Assembly (NCBI GenBank): GCA_944389495.1
Contig: CALXMN010000003.1
Coordinates: 10,862-74,861 of the forward strand
DNA from: an uncultured Alphaproteobacteria bacterium
Lineage (GTDB): Bacteria; Pseudomonadota; Alphaproteobacteria; Rs-D84
Direction: 5' to 3'
DNA length: 64,000 nt
Made by a program: the position numbers and the translations under genes. Positions 19,439-28,015 of the stretch are shown piece after piece (position 1 is the stretch's first letter; each line of letters starts with the position of its first letter). The notes beneath the pieces were generated by a model. That model did not search any database. It saw only the letters and a program-made list of their open reading frames with translations, and was not told the origin of the DNA.

Positions 19439-20254
19439 ATGATTATGAAATATACCAGATTGTATATATTTTTTTCTGTGTTAATGTGTGGTGTTGCACA
19501 CGGTGCGGGCTTGTTGCAACCTGCGTCTTTTCCCAAGACCGCCGATGATTTAACATTTGTTCAAAATATAAATCTGCAAAGTGCGGGGTACGAACCCTGG
19601 GAATCCGAATATGACGCGACGGGGCGTTGTATATCTGGGTGTGCATATAACGGCATAACGATCCAGCGGGAATTACAAAATCTGGAAAACAATACATATA
19701 ATGCCCGGCGTGCGTTGTCAAATTATATATCACATACGTCGTCAAACGCCGCTGTATCGCCAGGCGTCCCGACCAAGCCCGCCACCCCGCAACAAATAAT
19801 TGTTCAAAATACGCCACGGTGTACCCCGTATCATCCTGAAATTCCCGCGGCCCAGTCGATACCCCTGGGGGTGCCATTAACGGGTAATCCACGCATAACG
19901 TCGCCATATGGCGAAAGAATTCATCCGATAACAGGTAACCGTTCTGTGCACAAAGGTGTTGATTTTTCTGCGCCCATTGGCACAAGTGTATTTTCGCCCG
20001 CCGCGGGAACAATTGGTTCGGTATGGCGCGATTCCACCTGTGGCAACGGATTAAAGATTTCACACACGGGTGGGTACGAAACGGTATATTGTCATTTGAA
20101 CAAAGTAACAGTAAAGCAGGGCGATGTCATCGGGGCCGGATGCGTTGTGGCCGAAACGGGTAACACGGGTCGAACAACGGGGCCGCATTTACATTACGGA
20201 ATTAAATACAATGGTGAATATATAAATCCAACCGATTGGTTGGTTGCCCCCTAG
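19439..20254 (+). CDS. M23 family metallopeptidase (secreted or lipoprotein)
   Basis: HKGVDFSAPIGT...GRTTGPHLHYGIKYNGEYINP. Confidence 0.75.
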   Translation: MIMKYTRLYIFFSVLMCGVAHGAGLLQPASFPKTADDLTFVQNINLQSAGYEPWESEYDATGRCISGCAYNGITIQRELQNLENNTYNARRALSNYISHTSSNAAVSPGVPTKPATPQQIIVQNTPRCTPYHPEIPAAQSIPLGVPLTGNPRITSPYGERIHPITGNRSVHKGVDFSAPIGTSVFSPAAGTIGSVWRDSTCGNGLKISHTGGYETVYCHLNKVTVKQGDVIGAGCVVAETGNTGRTTGPHLHYGIKYNGEYINPTDWLVAP

Positions 20255-20634
20255 GTCTTGTGTGCATCGCGTATGCGTCGAAATCTTACATCAAAACTGC
20301 CGTTATTTATGGGGGTCGATGATATTATATATGGTGCAAGAATACTTTCCGTTGCCCATTGTGGAAATTTTTGATGTAATATACCGCTGGCGCCGGTTAT
20401 GATGGTTGCGCGTCGTACACCAGATGTGGCCAAACGCATAATTTCGTCCCAGGCCTGATCTTCGGTTTTATGATGCAGGTCCAATATAAAGCGTTCGGGT
20501 ACCGGTGCGGGCGCATCGGGTATACGTTGCGACAGTTTTAATTCGGCACGCACACATCGACGGATTGCATAATCATCTGGATGAAAATCTTTGTCTTTCA
20601 TTTGTTCAATATCGTTATCACTAAGTTGTTTCAT
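20251..20634 (-). CDS. Smr-domain protein
   Basis: LDLHHKTEDQAWDEI...ATIITGASG resembles the Smr domain motif (LDLHG...ITG.G). Confidence 0.55.
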   Translation of the reverse strand: MKQLSDNDIEQMKDKDFHPDDYAIRRCVRAELKLSQRIPDAPAPVPERFILDLHHKTEDQAWDEIMRLATSGVRRATIITGASGILHQKFPQWATESILAPYIISSTPINNGSFDVRFRRIRDAHKT

Positions 20635-20722
20635 AATAAAAATATTATAAAAATAAATTTTATAAATTTTTATAAAAAAATAAGCATTACATTAATGTGC
20701 CATTGTGCGTTAATATACTTAT

Positions 20723-20750
20723 GTCAATGGGCGTTCCATTGATGGGGTGT
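20723..20750. promoter_or_regulatory. Conserved palindromic upstream motif (A copy 3): TGTCAATGGGCGTTCCATTGATGGGGTGT
   Basis: Same motif as at 5393, 27129 and 38208. Its orientation relative to the downstream A gene is constant. Confidence 0.45.
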
Positions 20751-20759
20751 GAAGACCTC

Positions 20760-20893
20760 TGCCTTAGCGTCGGAAAATAAGAAAACGTGCGGCGCGTGTA
20801 AATGCGCCGGTTTTAATATTCCGACGATAAATAAACTCCTGACCAACAATGTATTTGGTGGTTTTCTTATTCAGAAAAAACAGGAGTTTGAAA
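20760..20893 (+). promoter_or_regulatory. Structured 5' leader of A copy 3 with a hairpin before RBS caggag
   Basis: Contains ctcctgaccaacaatgtatttggtggttttc, related to the copy 1 leader. Confidence 0.35.
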
Positions 20894-21325
20894 ATGAAAT
20901 TAAAAATTTTGATTGCGGGCGTTGCGGTATTCTGTGTTATCGTTGCGCCGGCTGCGGCGGTTGTAAAGTGTGTAAAATTGACACAAAGTTCAACCTGTAC
21001 ATCAACAACTGCTAACAATTCTGGTCCAGAATGGACCGCAACCTGTGGTGGAACACCAATCAAAGGCATCGGTATTTGCAGCGATAAAAAAGGAAGTTCT
21101 GTCGGCTCAAAATCATCCAGTCTGACCATAGATTACTATACAGACTAAAATAAGTATTGTTGGTGTAAAATTATCAGTCCCGCCGTATCATCACAATGGA
21201 CATACGATGATTATAATTACACTTCGGGGGCTGATTGTGCGCGTGATTGTGCCTATGGCTGTGCCGCAGACATAGAAATAAATGCTGCGCTTCGTTCTTC
21301 GTTATTATATGGTTTTTCTGATTAA
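20894..21325 (+). pseudogene. Family A secreted Cys-rich protein (copy 3), interrupted by one in-frame TAA at 21146-21148
   Basis: MKLKILIAGVAVFCVIVAPAAAVVKCVKLTQSS...TIDYYTD*NKYCWCKIISPAVSSQW...AALRSSLLYGFSD. One frame throughout, with conserved motifs on both sides of the stop. Confidence 0.5.
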
Positions 21326-21341
21326 AAACGGGTAATTAAAA

Positions 21342-21617
21342 ATGAAAAAAATAATATTATTTTTGGCAATTGTGCCGTGTGCATCATTTGCGGCCGCGCC
21401 GTCAACATCGTGTCCATCGGGCACAATGGCCATAAACAAACAATATATGATAATTGGTAATACATCGTGTCCGTCGGGGTATTCATATGTTGGGGCGGCA
21501 TATACGTGCCTTTTGACATATCGCGGCAGTTCGTGTCTGATGTATGCGCCGGTAAACACGGAATACACAGATGCCGCCGGCACATACGAATATACCGCCG
21601 CCTGTCCATTGGAATAA
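21342..21617 (+). CDS. Family B small secreted Cys-rich protein (copy 3)
   Basis: MKKIILFLAIVPCASFAAAPSTSCPSGTMAINKQYMIIGNTSCPSGYSYVGAAYTCL...CLMYAPVNTEYTDAAGTYEYTAACPLE. Confidence 0.6.
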   Translation: MKKIILFLAIVPCASFAAAPSTSCPSGTMAINKQYMIIGNTSCPSGYSYVGAAYTCLLTYRGSSCLMYAPVNTEYTDAAGTYEYTAACPLE

Positions 21618-21662
21618 TCCCCGGCATTCCGTGCCGTACGGCCAACAAACTTTGTTCGACAC

Positions 21663-21692
21663 CGCGTAATAAAAAACGGGGCGATGCCCCGT
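21663..21692. terminator. Bidirectional intrinsic terminator between B copy 3 and alaS
   Basis: aaaaaacggggcgatgccccgtttttt. Confidence 0.55.
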
Positions 21693-21695
21693 TTT

Positions 21696-23753
21696 TTACT
21701 CTGCCAATGTACCAACAGACATTGTTATACGGCGAATACCGCTGCTGATAGATTTTTCTTTGTTCACACGTGCGTGCATAATTTCGCCCGTATGATACAC
21801 GTGTGTTCCACCACACAGTTCGCACGAAATGTCACCTGCGGTAATAACTTTGACTACGTCACCATATTTTTCGCCAAACAAAGCCATTGCGCCACGTTTT
21901 TTTGCGTCATCAATGGACATTTCTTCGTGTGCAACCGGCATATCTGCCGCAATCCATTTATTAACCAGATCTTCAACAGCCTGTTTTTCATCCGCCGTCA
22001 TTGCGCGTCCAAACGAGAAATCAAATCGAACGGAATCGGGCGAAACCTTGGAACCGCGCTGTTCTACATCTTCGTTTAATACGTGGCGCAGTGCGGCCTG
22101 TAATAAATGTGTTGCGGTGTGTGCGCGTGCGGTTTGTTGGCGTGTGGCCATATTAATTTTTGTTTTAATCTTATCGCCGACGGATAAATCTGCGGTCAAA
22201 GTGCCTTTGTGTATAACAACATTGTCAACACGCGCGGCCTCGGTTACGGTCATAACGGCATTGCCGTTGGCGATTAATTCGCCGGCATCGCCCACTTGTC
22301 CGCCCTGGGTACCATAGAAGTTTGTTTTATCCAATGCGACCTCTATATTATCGCCGGCATTGGCGCTTTGTACAAATTCGCCATCGCGCAAAATTGCCAA
22401 TACCGTTGATTCCAGATTTTCATCCGGCGCATATTTATAAGAATCGTCTGTTGCTGGCAATTGTGTTTGCGATTCCCACAATGTACGTGTGCCTTTGGTG
22501 TTGGCACGGCTGCGTTCTTTTTGCTCGGCCATTGCGCGTTCAAATTCTGCAACATCAACATCTATGTTTTTTTCGCGCAGAATCATTTGTGTTAAATCCA
22601 GCGGAAATCCATACGTATCAAATAACTTGAACGCCACAGTGCCGGGCAATATACCATTTTGTACCTTGGGGATTTCTGCATCTAATAATTTCATACCGTT
22701 TTGCAACATATCTGCAAAGGCGTTTTCTTCATTTTGAATAATTTCGACAACTCGTTTTTCTTCACGGGCCAGTTCCGGATATGCATCACCCATTTCGGCA
22801 ATCAACACCGGGTACAGTTTTGATAATAATGCGCCACGATGCCCCAGCATTTGTCCGTGTCGCATTGCACGGCGCAGAATTCTGCGAATTACATAACCGC
22901 GATCGGTGTTGCTGGGGATAACGCCATCTGCGATGGCGAACCCAACCGCGCGCAGATGGTCGGCAATAACCTTGAACGAAGGTGTATTTATATCGGTTTT
23001 TTTTACGCCAACGATGTCTTCGGTTGCGCGAATAATATTGGAAAACAAATCTGTGTCATAGTTATCAACTTTGTTTTGTAACAGTGCCGCCCAGCGTTCC
23101 AGTCCGGCGCCCGTATCAACATTTTGTTTCGGCAGCGGGCTTAAATTTCCATTTGCATCACGATCATATTGCATAAATACGTCGTTCCAGATTTCGACCC
23201 AACGATCATCTTCGTTTTCAAATTCTTCACCGAAATCATAGAATATTTCTGTGCACGGTCCGCACGGTCCGGTATCACCCGCCGACCACCAGTTATCTTT
23301 GTCGCCCAGGCGGATTGCATCTTTACCGGCCACCTTGCGCCAGATTTCGGTTGATTCTTCATCGGTAACGTGTGTTGTCACACGCATACGCGCGGGATCC
23401 AACTTTAAAACCTGGGTCAACAGTTCCCAAGACATCTCGATTGCACCGGCCTTGAAATAGTCGCCAAACGACCAATTGCCTAGCATTTCAAAAAAAGTAT
23501 GATGACGCCCGTCAAATCCAACCTCGTCCAAGTCATTGTGTTTGCCCCCGGCACGAATGCATTTTTGTACGTCTGCAACACGTGGGGCAAATGCGGGTTC
23601 GGTTCCCTGCAGAATTCCCTTCCACGGGACCATACCGGCAACTGTAAATAATAATGTTGGATCGTTCGGTATCAGTGACGCAGACGGTACAATTTTATGT
23701 CCGTGTGATTCAAAGAAATCCAAAAAGGTTTTACGAATATCATTATATTTCAT
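21696..23753 (-). CDS. alaS: Alanine--tRNA ligase, short form lacking the C-terminal C-Ala/DHHA1 region
   Basis: N-terminus MKYNDIRKTFLDFFESHGH. Class II catalytic core and editing domain (HTATHLL...CGGTHV) are present. The protein ends at about 685 aa, against about 870-880 for a full-length AlaS. Confidence 0.85.
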   Translation of the reverse strand: MKYNDIRKTFLDFFESHGHKIVPSASLIPNDPTLLFTVAGMVPWKGILQGTEPAFAPRVADVQKCIRAGGKHNDLDEVGFDGRHHTFFEMLGNWSFGDYFKAGAIEMSWELLTQVLKLDPARMRVTTHVTDEESTEIWRKVAGKDAIRLGDKDNWWSAGDTGPCGPCTEIFYDFGEEFENEDDRWVEIWNDVFMQYDRDANGNLSPLPKQNVDTGAGLERWAALLQNKVDNYDTDLFSNIIRATEDIVGVKKTDINTPSFKVIADHLRAVGFAIADGVIPSNTDRGYVIRRILRRAMRHGQMLGHRGALLSKLYPVLIAEMGDAYPELAREEKRVVEIIQNEENAFADMLQNGMKLLDAEIPKVQNGILPGTVAFKLFDTYGFPLDLTQMILREKNIDVDVAEFERAMAEQKERSRANTKGTRTLWESQTQLPATDDSYKYAPDENLESTVLAILRDGEFVQSANAGDNIEVALDKTNFYGTQGGQVGDAGELIANGNAVMTVTEAARVDNVVIHKGTLTADLSVGDKIKTKINMATRQQTARAHTATHLLQAALRHVLNEDVEQRGSKVSPDSVRFDFSFGRAMTADEKQAVEDLVNKWIAADMPVAHEEMSIDDAKKRGAMALFGEKYGDVVKVITAGDISCELCGGTHVYHTGEIMHARVNKEKSISSGIRRITMSVGTLAE

Positions 23754-23856
23754 TTTATGTTTCCCCATTATTTGTCGGTGCAATTCTATACGTATTACAC
23801 CGTCGTTTCAATCAGATATTTTAATTTTTGTAAATCAAGTGTAAAATAAATATGAA

Positions 23857-24675
23857 TCAGCCCCGTGGGGCGCGTGCCGTCAATGCGCCTTGTAATGCGT
23901 CATCGTATTTGGTCAACACGCGTTGATAGTGTTCTTCAACGTTTCTTGCGGGTCGTGCCAAACGTCCGTACTTTATGCGTGGCGTATCGATTTTGTTTTG
24001 GATATAGTTAATTTTATCCATATATATTGGCACTGCATTTGGATTTATATGTCGGGCCAGTGTATTTGTAAAATTCCACATCATTGCATCAACCGGCGGA
24101 CAGAAATCAATCTTGTCATCAATTTTCTGAATTGCGTCATAAATATCCGGCATAATGCGTGCCATTTCATTAAATATCCGTGCCCGAATGGGTACGCCCG
24201 CCAATCCGATATGTGGCCGCACCAGTTCCACATTTTCGCCATCTATATCAATTTCTGATGGTCTTTCCATTGCACACAACAGGTCGCCGACCCGATGACG
24301 CAGCACAACAGAATTTTGTATAATTGCAAAATTATCATTTGCAACATCTGGAATTTCAATATCAGACAAAATATCGTCGTCATCACAAAAAATAATCCAG
24401 TCTGGATTAATCGCGCGTGCCGCATCAACGATTGTCATACGTGCGCGCAGTTCGCCAAGGTTTTCGTCTGTGTTTATAATCAGCAGTTCGCCGCAATACC
24501 CCAGGTGTCGTATTTGCCTGCGCGAAATCGTTGTCATCGGATTATCGTTATAAATAATCAGTGTGAATTTTTGTCGCAGTTTTCCCAATGCGGGCACAGA
24601 AATCCGCAACATTTCATTATGAAACGTCGTCAGACCAACAACCAAATTATTTTTTCTGCGCATCACAGTTAACAA
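23857..24675 (-). CDS. Hypothetical protein, possibly glycosyltransferase-like
   Basis: Weak GT2-like features (IIYNDN...CDDDD). Uncertain. Confidence 0.3.
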   Translation of the reverse strand: MLTVMRRKNNLVVGLTTFHNEMLRISVPALGKLRQKFTLIIYNDNPMTTISRRQIRHLGYCGELLIINTDENLGELRARMTIVDAARAINPDWIIFCDDDDILSDIEIPDVANDNFAIIQNSVVLRHRVGDLLCAMERPSEIDIDGENVELVRPHIGLAGVPIRARIFNEMARIMPDIYDAIQKIDDKIDFCPPVDAMMWNFTNTLARHINPNAVPIYMDKINYIQNKIDTPRIKYGRLARPARNVEEHYQRVLTKYDDALQGALTARAPRG

Positions 24676-24757
24676 TTCTAAATAAAAGTTAATAAAATTG
24701 CAATCAGTTACTTAAATATGCTATAATATAAAACAAAGATTTTAGGGAATCAAATAA

Positions 24758-25237
24758 ATGAAGCCGTTAATGTTATTTGCGATTGTTATTCTGGTGGCAA
24801 TTGTGATTGTCGTGTCATTCGGATTGCAATTGGCGCCAAACGATCCAATTCAATTGGCGGCGGATTCTGCGGCGCACGCGCTTTATGTATGTCCCACGAC
24901 CAGCGGTTTTTTCGATGCTTTTGCGGCGGCGTTGCAACCATTCTATAGATATTTAGTAATTGCATTTTTTGCGGTTGTAATGCTGCTGATGTTCAGTTGG
25001 GGTTGGGCACTGTATCAAAATTTGTTAAGCGATTCATTTAAACGTGACAGTTTCAAAAAACCGTGGCAGTTGACTAAGTTTATATTTTGGATTGTGGTCA
25101 TTGTATTATTGCTTGTTATGACGCCAAACCATTTTCGTATGGTTACGATTGATGGCCAGACAACACCATATGTATTATGTGAATCTGACACGCCGGGGGC
25201 TTTGGCGGTTCGTTCTGATGCGGTTCACGCGGATTAA
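24758..25237 (+). CDS. Hypothetical integral membrane protein
   Basis: 159 aa with about four hydrophobic helices. Confidence 0.4.
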   Translation: MKPLMLFAIVILVAIVIVVSFGLQLAPNDPIQLAADSAAHALYVCPTTSGFFDAFAAALQPFYRYLVIAFFAVVMLLMFSWGWALYQNLLSDSFKRDSFKKPWQLTKFIFWIVVIVLLLVMTPNHFRMVTIDGQTTPYVLCESDTPGALAVRSDAVHAD

Positions 25238-25472
25238 GTAAAAACTGTTTTTTGTCAATATTTATAAAATTTGGCAGAAATTAAATATACTCTTGACTTA
25301 AAGCCCCGAATTCTCTACGATTCGTACAAGCAGCACAGGCAATGTCCGTGGAATACAACAGGTTGCGATATTTAATATACGCAAACGGCCACAAACCCGG
25401 GACGGATTCCACTGACATTGCTTGGGGACTGCCGGACACCTTGTATAAATTTATATGAAAGGAGAAAACACA

Positions 25473-25745
25473 ATGAACAAACAGCAATTGATAGAAGCAA
25501 TCGCAAATGAAGTCGAAGTAACCAAGGCAACAGCGGCTGCGTGCCTGGATGCATTTATCAACACAGTTACAAAAGTTCTGAAAAAGAAGGGCGAAGTTCG
25601 TTTGGTTGGCTTTGGCACATTCACAACTGCTAAGCGCAAAGCAACAACTGGCCGTAATCCTCAGACCGGTGCTGCAATCAAAATTCCTGCATCGACCCAG
25701 CCTAAGTTCAAACCGGGCAAGGCCTTGAAAGATGCTTTGAACTAA
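25473..25745 (+). CDS. hupB: DNA-binding protein HU
   Basis: MNKQQLIEAIANE...GFGTF...RNPQTGAAIKIPA...KPGKALKDALN. RBS aggag. Confidence 0.9.
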   Translation: MNKQQLIEAIANEVEVTKATAAACLDAFINTVTKVLKKKGEVRLVGFGTFTTAKRKATTGRNPQTGAAIKIPASTQPKFKPGKALKDALN

Positions 25746-25767
25746 AATCATTTGATTTTGTTTCAAA

Positions 25768-25796
25768 TAAAAATCCCCCAATTAGGGGATTTTTTA
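25768..25796 (+). terminator. Intrinsic terminator after the HU gene
   Basis: aaaaatcccccaattaggggatttttt. Confidence 0.6.
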
Positions 25797-25839
25797 TGGT
25801 CGCCATTCCCCGTAACAACAAGTTTACCCCCAATCCTTG

Positions 25840-26235
25840 TCATTGCAAGGAAGGGCGCCCGGCAATCTTCTCTTGTCATTGCGAGCCACGTCAGTGGCGT
25901 GGCAATCCAGTAAATAAAAAAGCACTGCGGGCATCGCCCGCAGACATAATAAACCTGAATTGCTTCGTTTCACTCGCAATGACAATGTACTTATGCAGCC
26001 GTTGTTTCCTATAGTTGTACGACTTTTGTCTCCCCATTTGTCATTGCAAGGGAGGAGCACCCGGCAATCTTCTTTTGTCATTGCGAGCCACGTCAGTGGC
26101 GTGGCAATCCATAATACGGTATTTGCCACCGCAAATAAGTTTATAATAACTGGATCGCCACGGTCGTTACACTCCCTCGCGATGACAAGGGTTGGGGACA
26201 CGGGCGCCACCAGTGCGTCACGTTACGGGATGACG
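25840..26235. repeat. Array of MITE-like palindromic elements with terminal inverted repeats TTGTCATTGCGAG / CTCGCAATGACAA
   Basis: Several units, each with an internal hairpin (GCCACGTCAGTGGCGTGGC, CTGCGGGCATCGCCCGCAG). The array is reiterated at 36992-37300 and 52375-52470. Confidence 0.6.
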
Positions 26236-26238
26236 GAA

Positions 26239-26526
26239 TTATTCCAGTGGACAGGCCTGGTCAAATTCATATGTGCCGTATGTGTCTGTGTATTCTGTAT
26301 ATGCCGGTGCATACATAATGCACGCCCCAGACGGTGACGCCACCAAACAACTGTCCGCAGTGCCGACGGATGTGTATCCGGATGGGCACGAACCATCCGA
26401 TATTATTAAATATTCTTCTTCTATTGTTGCATAGTCCGACGGGCACGATGTTGACGGTGCGGCGGCAAATGATGCACACGGCACAATCGCCATAATTAAA
26501 ACCGATATTCGTTTCATATTCGCCAC
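26239..26526 (-). CDS. Family B small secreted Cys-rich protein (copy 4)
   Basis: MANMKRISVLIMAIVPCASFAAAPSTSCPSDYATIEEEYLIISDGSCPSGYTSVGTADSCLVASPSGACIMYAPAYTEYTDTYGTYEFDQACPLE. Confidence 0.6.
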   Translation of the reverse strand: MANMKRISVLIMAIVPCASFAAAPSTSCPSDYATIEEEYLIISDGSCPSGYTSVGTADSCLVASPSGACIMYAPAYTEYTDTYGTYEFDQACPLE

Positions 26527-26532
26527 CCCAAT

Positions 26533-26961
26533 TTAGTCAGACAGATTACTGAACATCGCGGACCGGAAAGACGCATTGTCCGCTGCGCGGTACGCACAGC
26601 TGTACGCGCAACGATAGCCACAATACGACGTCCCGAGGACGTTGTTGTACACCCAAGACGACACGGCCGGAGATACCATTTTGCACCAGCAATATTTGTC
26701 ATCAGTACCGCCACTAATTTCCAAAGCCGTCGCTGTCTGGCCAATTGAACTGCCACTTGTGCTGGAACATTGACTTATGCCCCTTATTGCGATACTTGTT
26801 CCACTGGTGGTACAATTTGATGTCCAGTCAACAACATTATACCCAGGCTCAACAAACGAACACGTTGTTGATGATGACAGTTTTACGCATTTTGTGACGG
26901 CCGCGGCCGGTGGGATTGTGGCCGCACAAATCAGACCCGCGATTAATATTTTTGATTTCAT
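26533..26961 (-). CDS. Family A secreted Cys-rich protein (copy 4)
   Basis: RBS aaggag. MKSKILIAGLICAATIPPAAAVTKCVKLSSSTTC...DDKYCWCKMVSPAVSSWVY...ASFRSAMFSNLSD. Confidence 0.6.
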   Translation of the reverse strand: MKSKILIAGLICAATIPPAAAVTKCVKLSSSTTCSFVEPGYNVVDWTSNCTTSGTSIAIRGISQCSSTSGSSIGQTATALEISGGTDDKYCWCKMVSPAVSSWVYNNVLGTSYCGYRCAYSCAYRAADNASFRSAMFSNLSD

Positions 26962-27078
26962 TGTGAACACTCCTTGTGTTTGGGTAAAACAAAAACCACC
27001 AAATTTAAGGTGGTTGGAGGTTCATAGCTATATCAGGTATAGTGTGCTTATTCTATATATTCGCAGCCCTCCAACCCG
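26962..27078 (-). promoter_or_regulatory. Conserved structured leader of A copy 4: long-range helix GGTTGGAGG/CCTCCAACC, then terminator-like hairpin CCACCTTAAATTTGGTGG + T-tract, then RBS
   Basis: About 100 nt, nearly identical to 38050-38165 upstream of A copy 5. Confidence 0.45.
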
Positions 27079-27128
27079 AAACAGTTGGAGCATTTTTACA
27101 TCTTGGTTTGATGCCTGAAAACGGGCTA

Positions 27129-27160
27129 TGACACCCCATCAATGGAACACCCATTGACAA
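27129..27160. promoter_or_regulatory. Conserved palindromic upstream motif (A copy 4): TGACACCCCATCAATGGAACACCCATTGACAA
   Basis: See 5393, 20723 and 38208. Confidence 0.45.
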
Positions 27161-27270
27161 CAGTTATTATAATCACAACAAAAATTCATTTGCAATATGA
27201 AAAATAAATCCTTTGATTTTAGTACGCGGTGCATATAAAATGTAAAACATAAATAAACAAGGAGTTGTCT

Positions 27271-27810
27271 ATGTGGGTTACAATTGCGGTCATTGCCGTT
27301 GTTTTGTTGTATTTCATTTTGGTATATAACGGTCTGGTTTCACGGCGAAACCAAGTACGCGAGGCGTGGTCCACCATCGACACGCAGTTAAAACGTCGGT
27401 ATGATTTGATTCCGAATCTTATTGAAACGGTGCGTGGCGCGGCCAAGCACGAGCGTGAAACACTGGAATCCGTAACCCGTGCGCGTGATGCGGCAATGGC
27501 CGCAAACGGCGCAGATCGTGCGGATGCAGAAAATAAATTAACAGAAACATTAAAAAATTTATTTGCGATTTCTGAAAATTATCCAACTTTGCGTGCGAAT
27601 GAAAATTTCTTGGAACTCCAGCGCGAATTGACGGACACAGAAACAAAAATCCAGGCCGCGCGCCAGTTTTATAATAATGTTGTAATGGGACTTAACACGC
27701 AAATAGAACAATTTCCATCAAACCTGGTTGCGCGTATGTTTAATATAACACCCGAAAAAATGTTTGAAATGGATGCCGCGGAAAAGGCCGCACCCCGGGT
27801 TAAATTTTAA
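27271..27810 (+). CDS. lemA: LemA family protein
   Basis: N-terminal TM segment then NGLVSRRNQVREAWSTIDTQLKRRYDLIPNL..., typical LemA. RBS ggag. Confidence 0.85.
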   Translation: MWVTIAVIAVVLLYFILVYNGLVSRRNQVREAWSTIDTQLKRRYDLIPNLIETVRGAAKHERETLESVTRARDAAMAANGADRADAENKLTETLKNLFAISENYPTLRANENFLELQRELTDTETKIQAARQFYNNVVMGLNTQIEQFPSNLVARMFNITPEKMFEMDAAEKAAPRVKF

Positions 27811-27814
27811 TAAA

Positions 27815-27842
27815 ATCCCCATTGTTATGGGGATTTTTTATT
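27815..27842 (+). terminator. Intrinsic terminator after lemA
   Basis: aaaatccccattgttatggggatttttt. Confidence 0.6.
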
Positions 27843-27884
27843 TGACCTTGTGCCATATTTTATGTATTATATATTACGAAATAA

Positions 27885-27993
27885 ATGCCGAAAACAAACC
27901 ACCGGTTTATGGTGGCTTTTTTTGTGTTTTAAAAATCCCTGTTTTCTGGGGCTTTTTGTTTTTTTATTGTGCCGAATACAAACGGTGGTTTTG
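27885..27993. repeat. GCCGAA palindromic element
   Basis: ATGCCGAAAACAAACCACCGGTTTATGGTGG...internal hairpin (aaaatccctgttttctggggcttttt)...GCCGAATACAAACGGTGGTTTT. About 110 bp, with inverted termini. Copies at 49555 and 14411. Confidence 0.55.
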
Positions 27994-28015
27994 CACAGAT
28001 TTTGACTAAGGGGGA

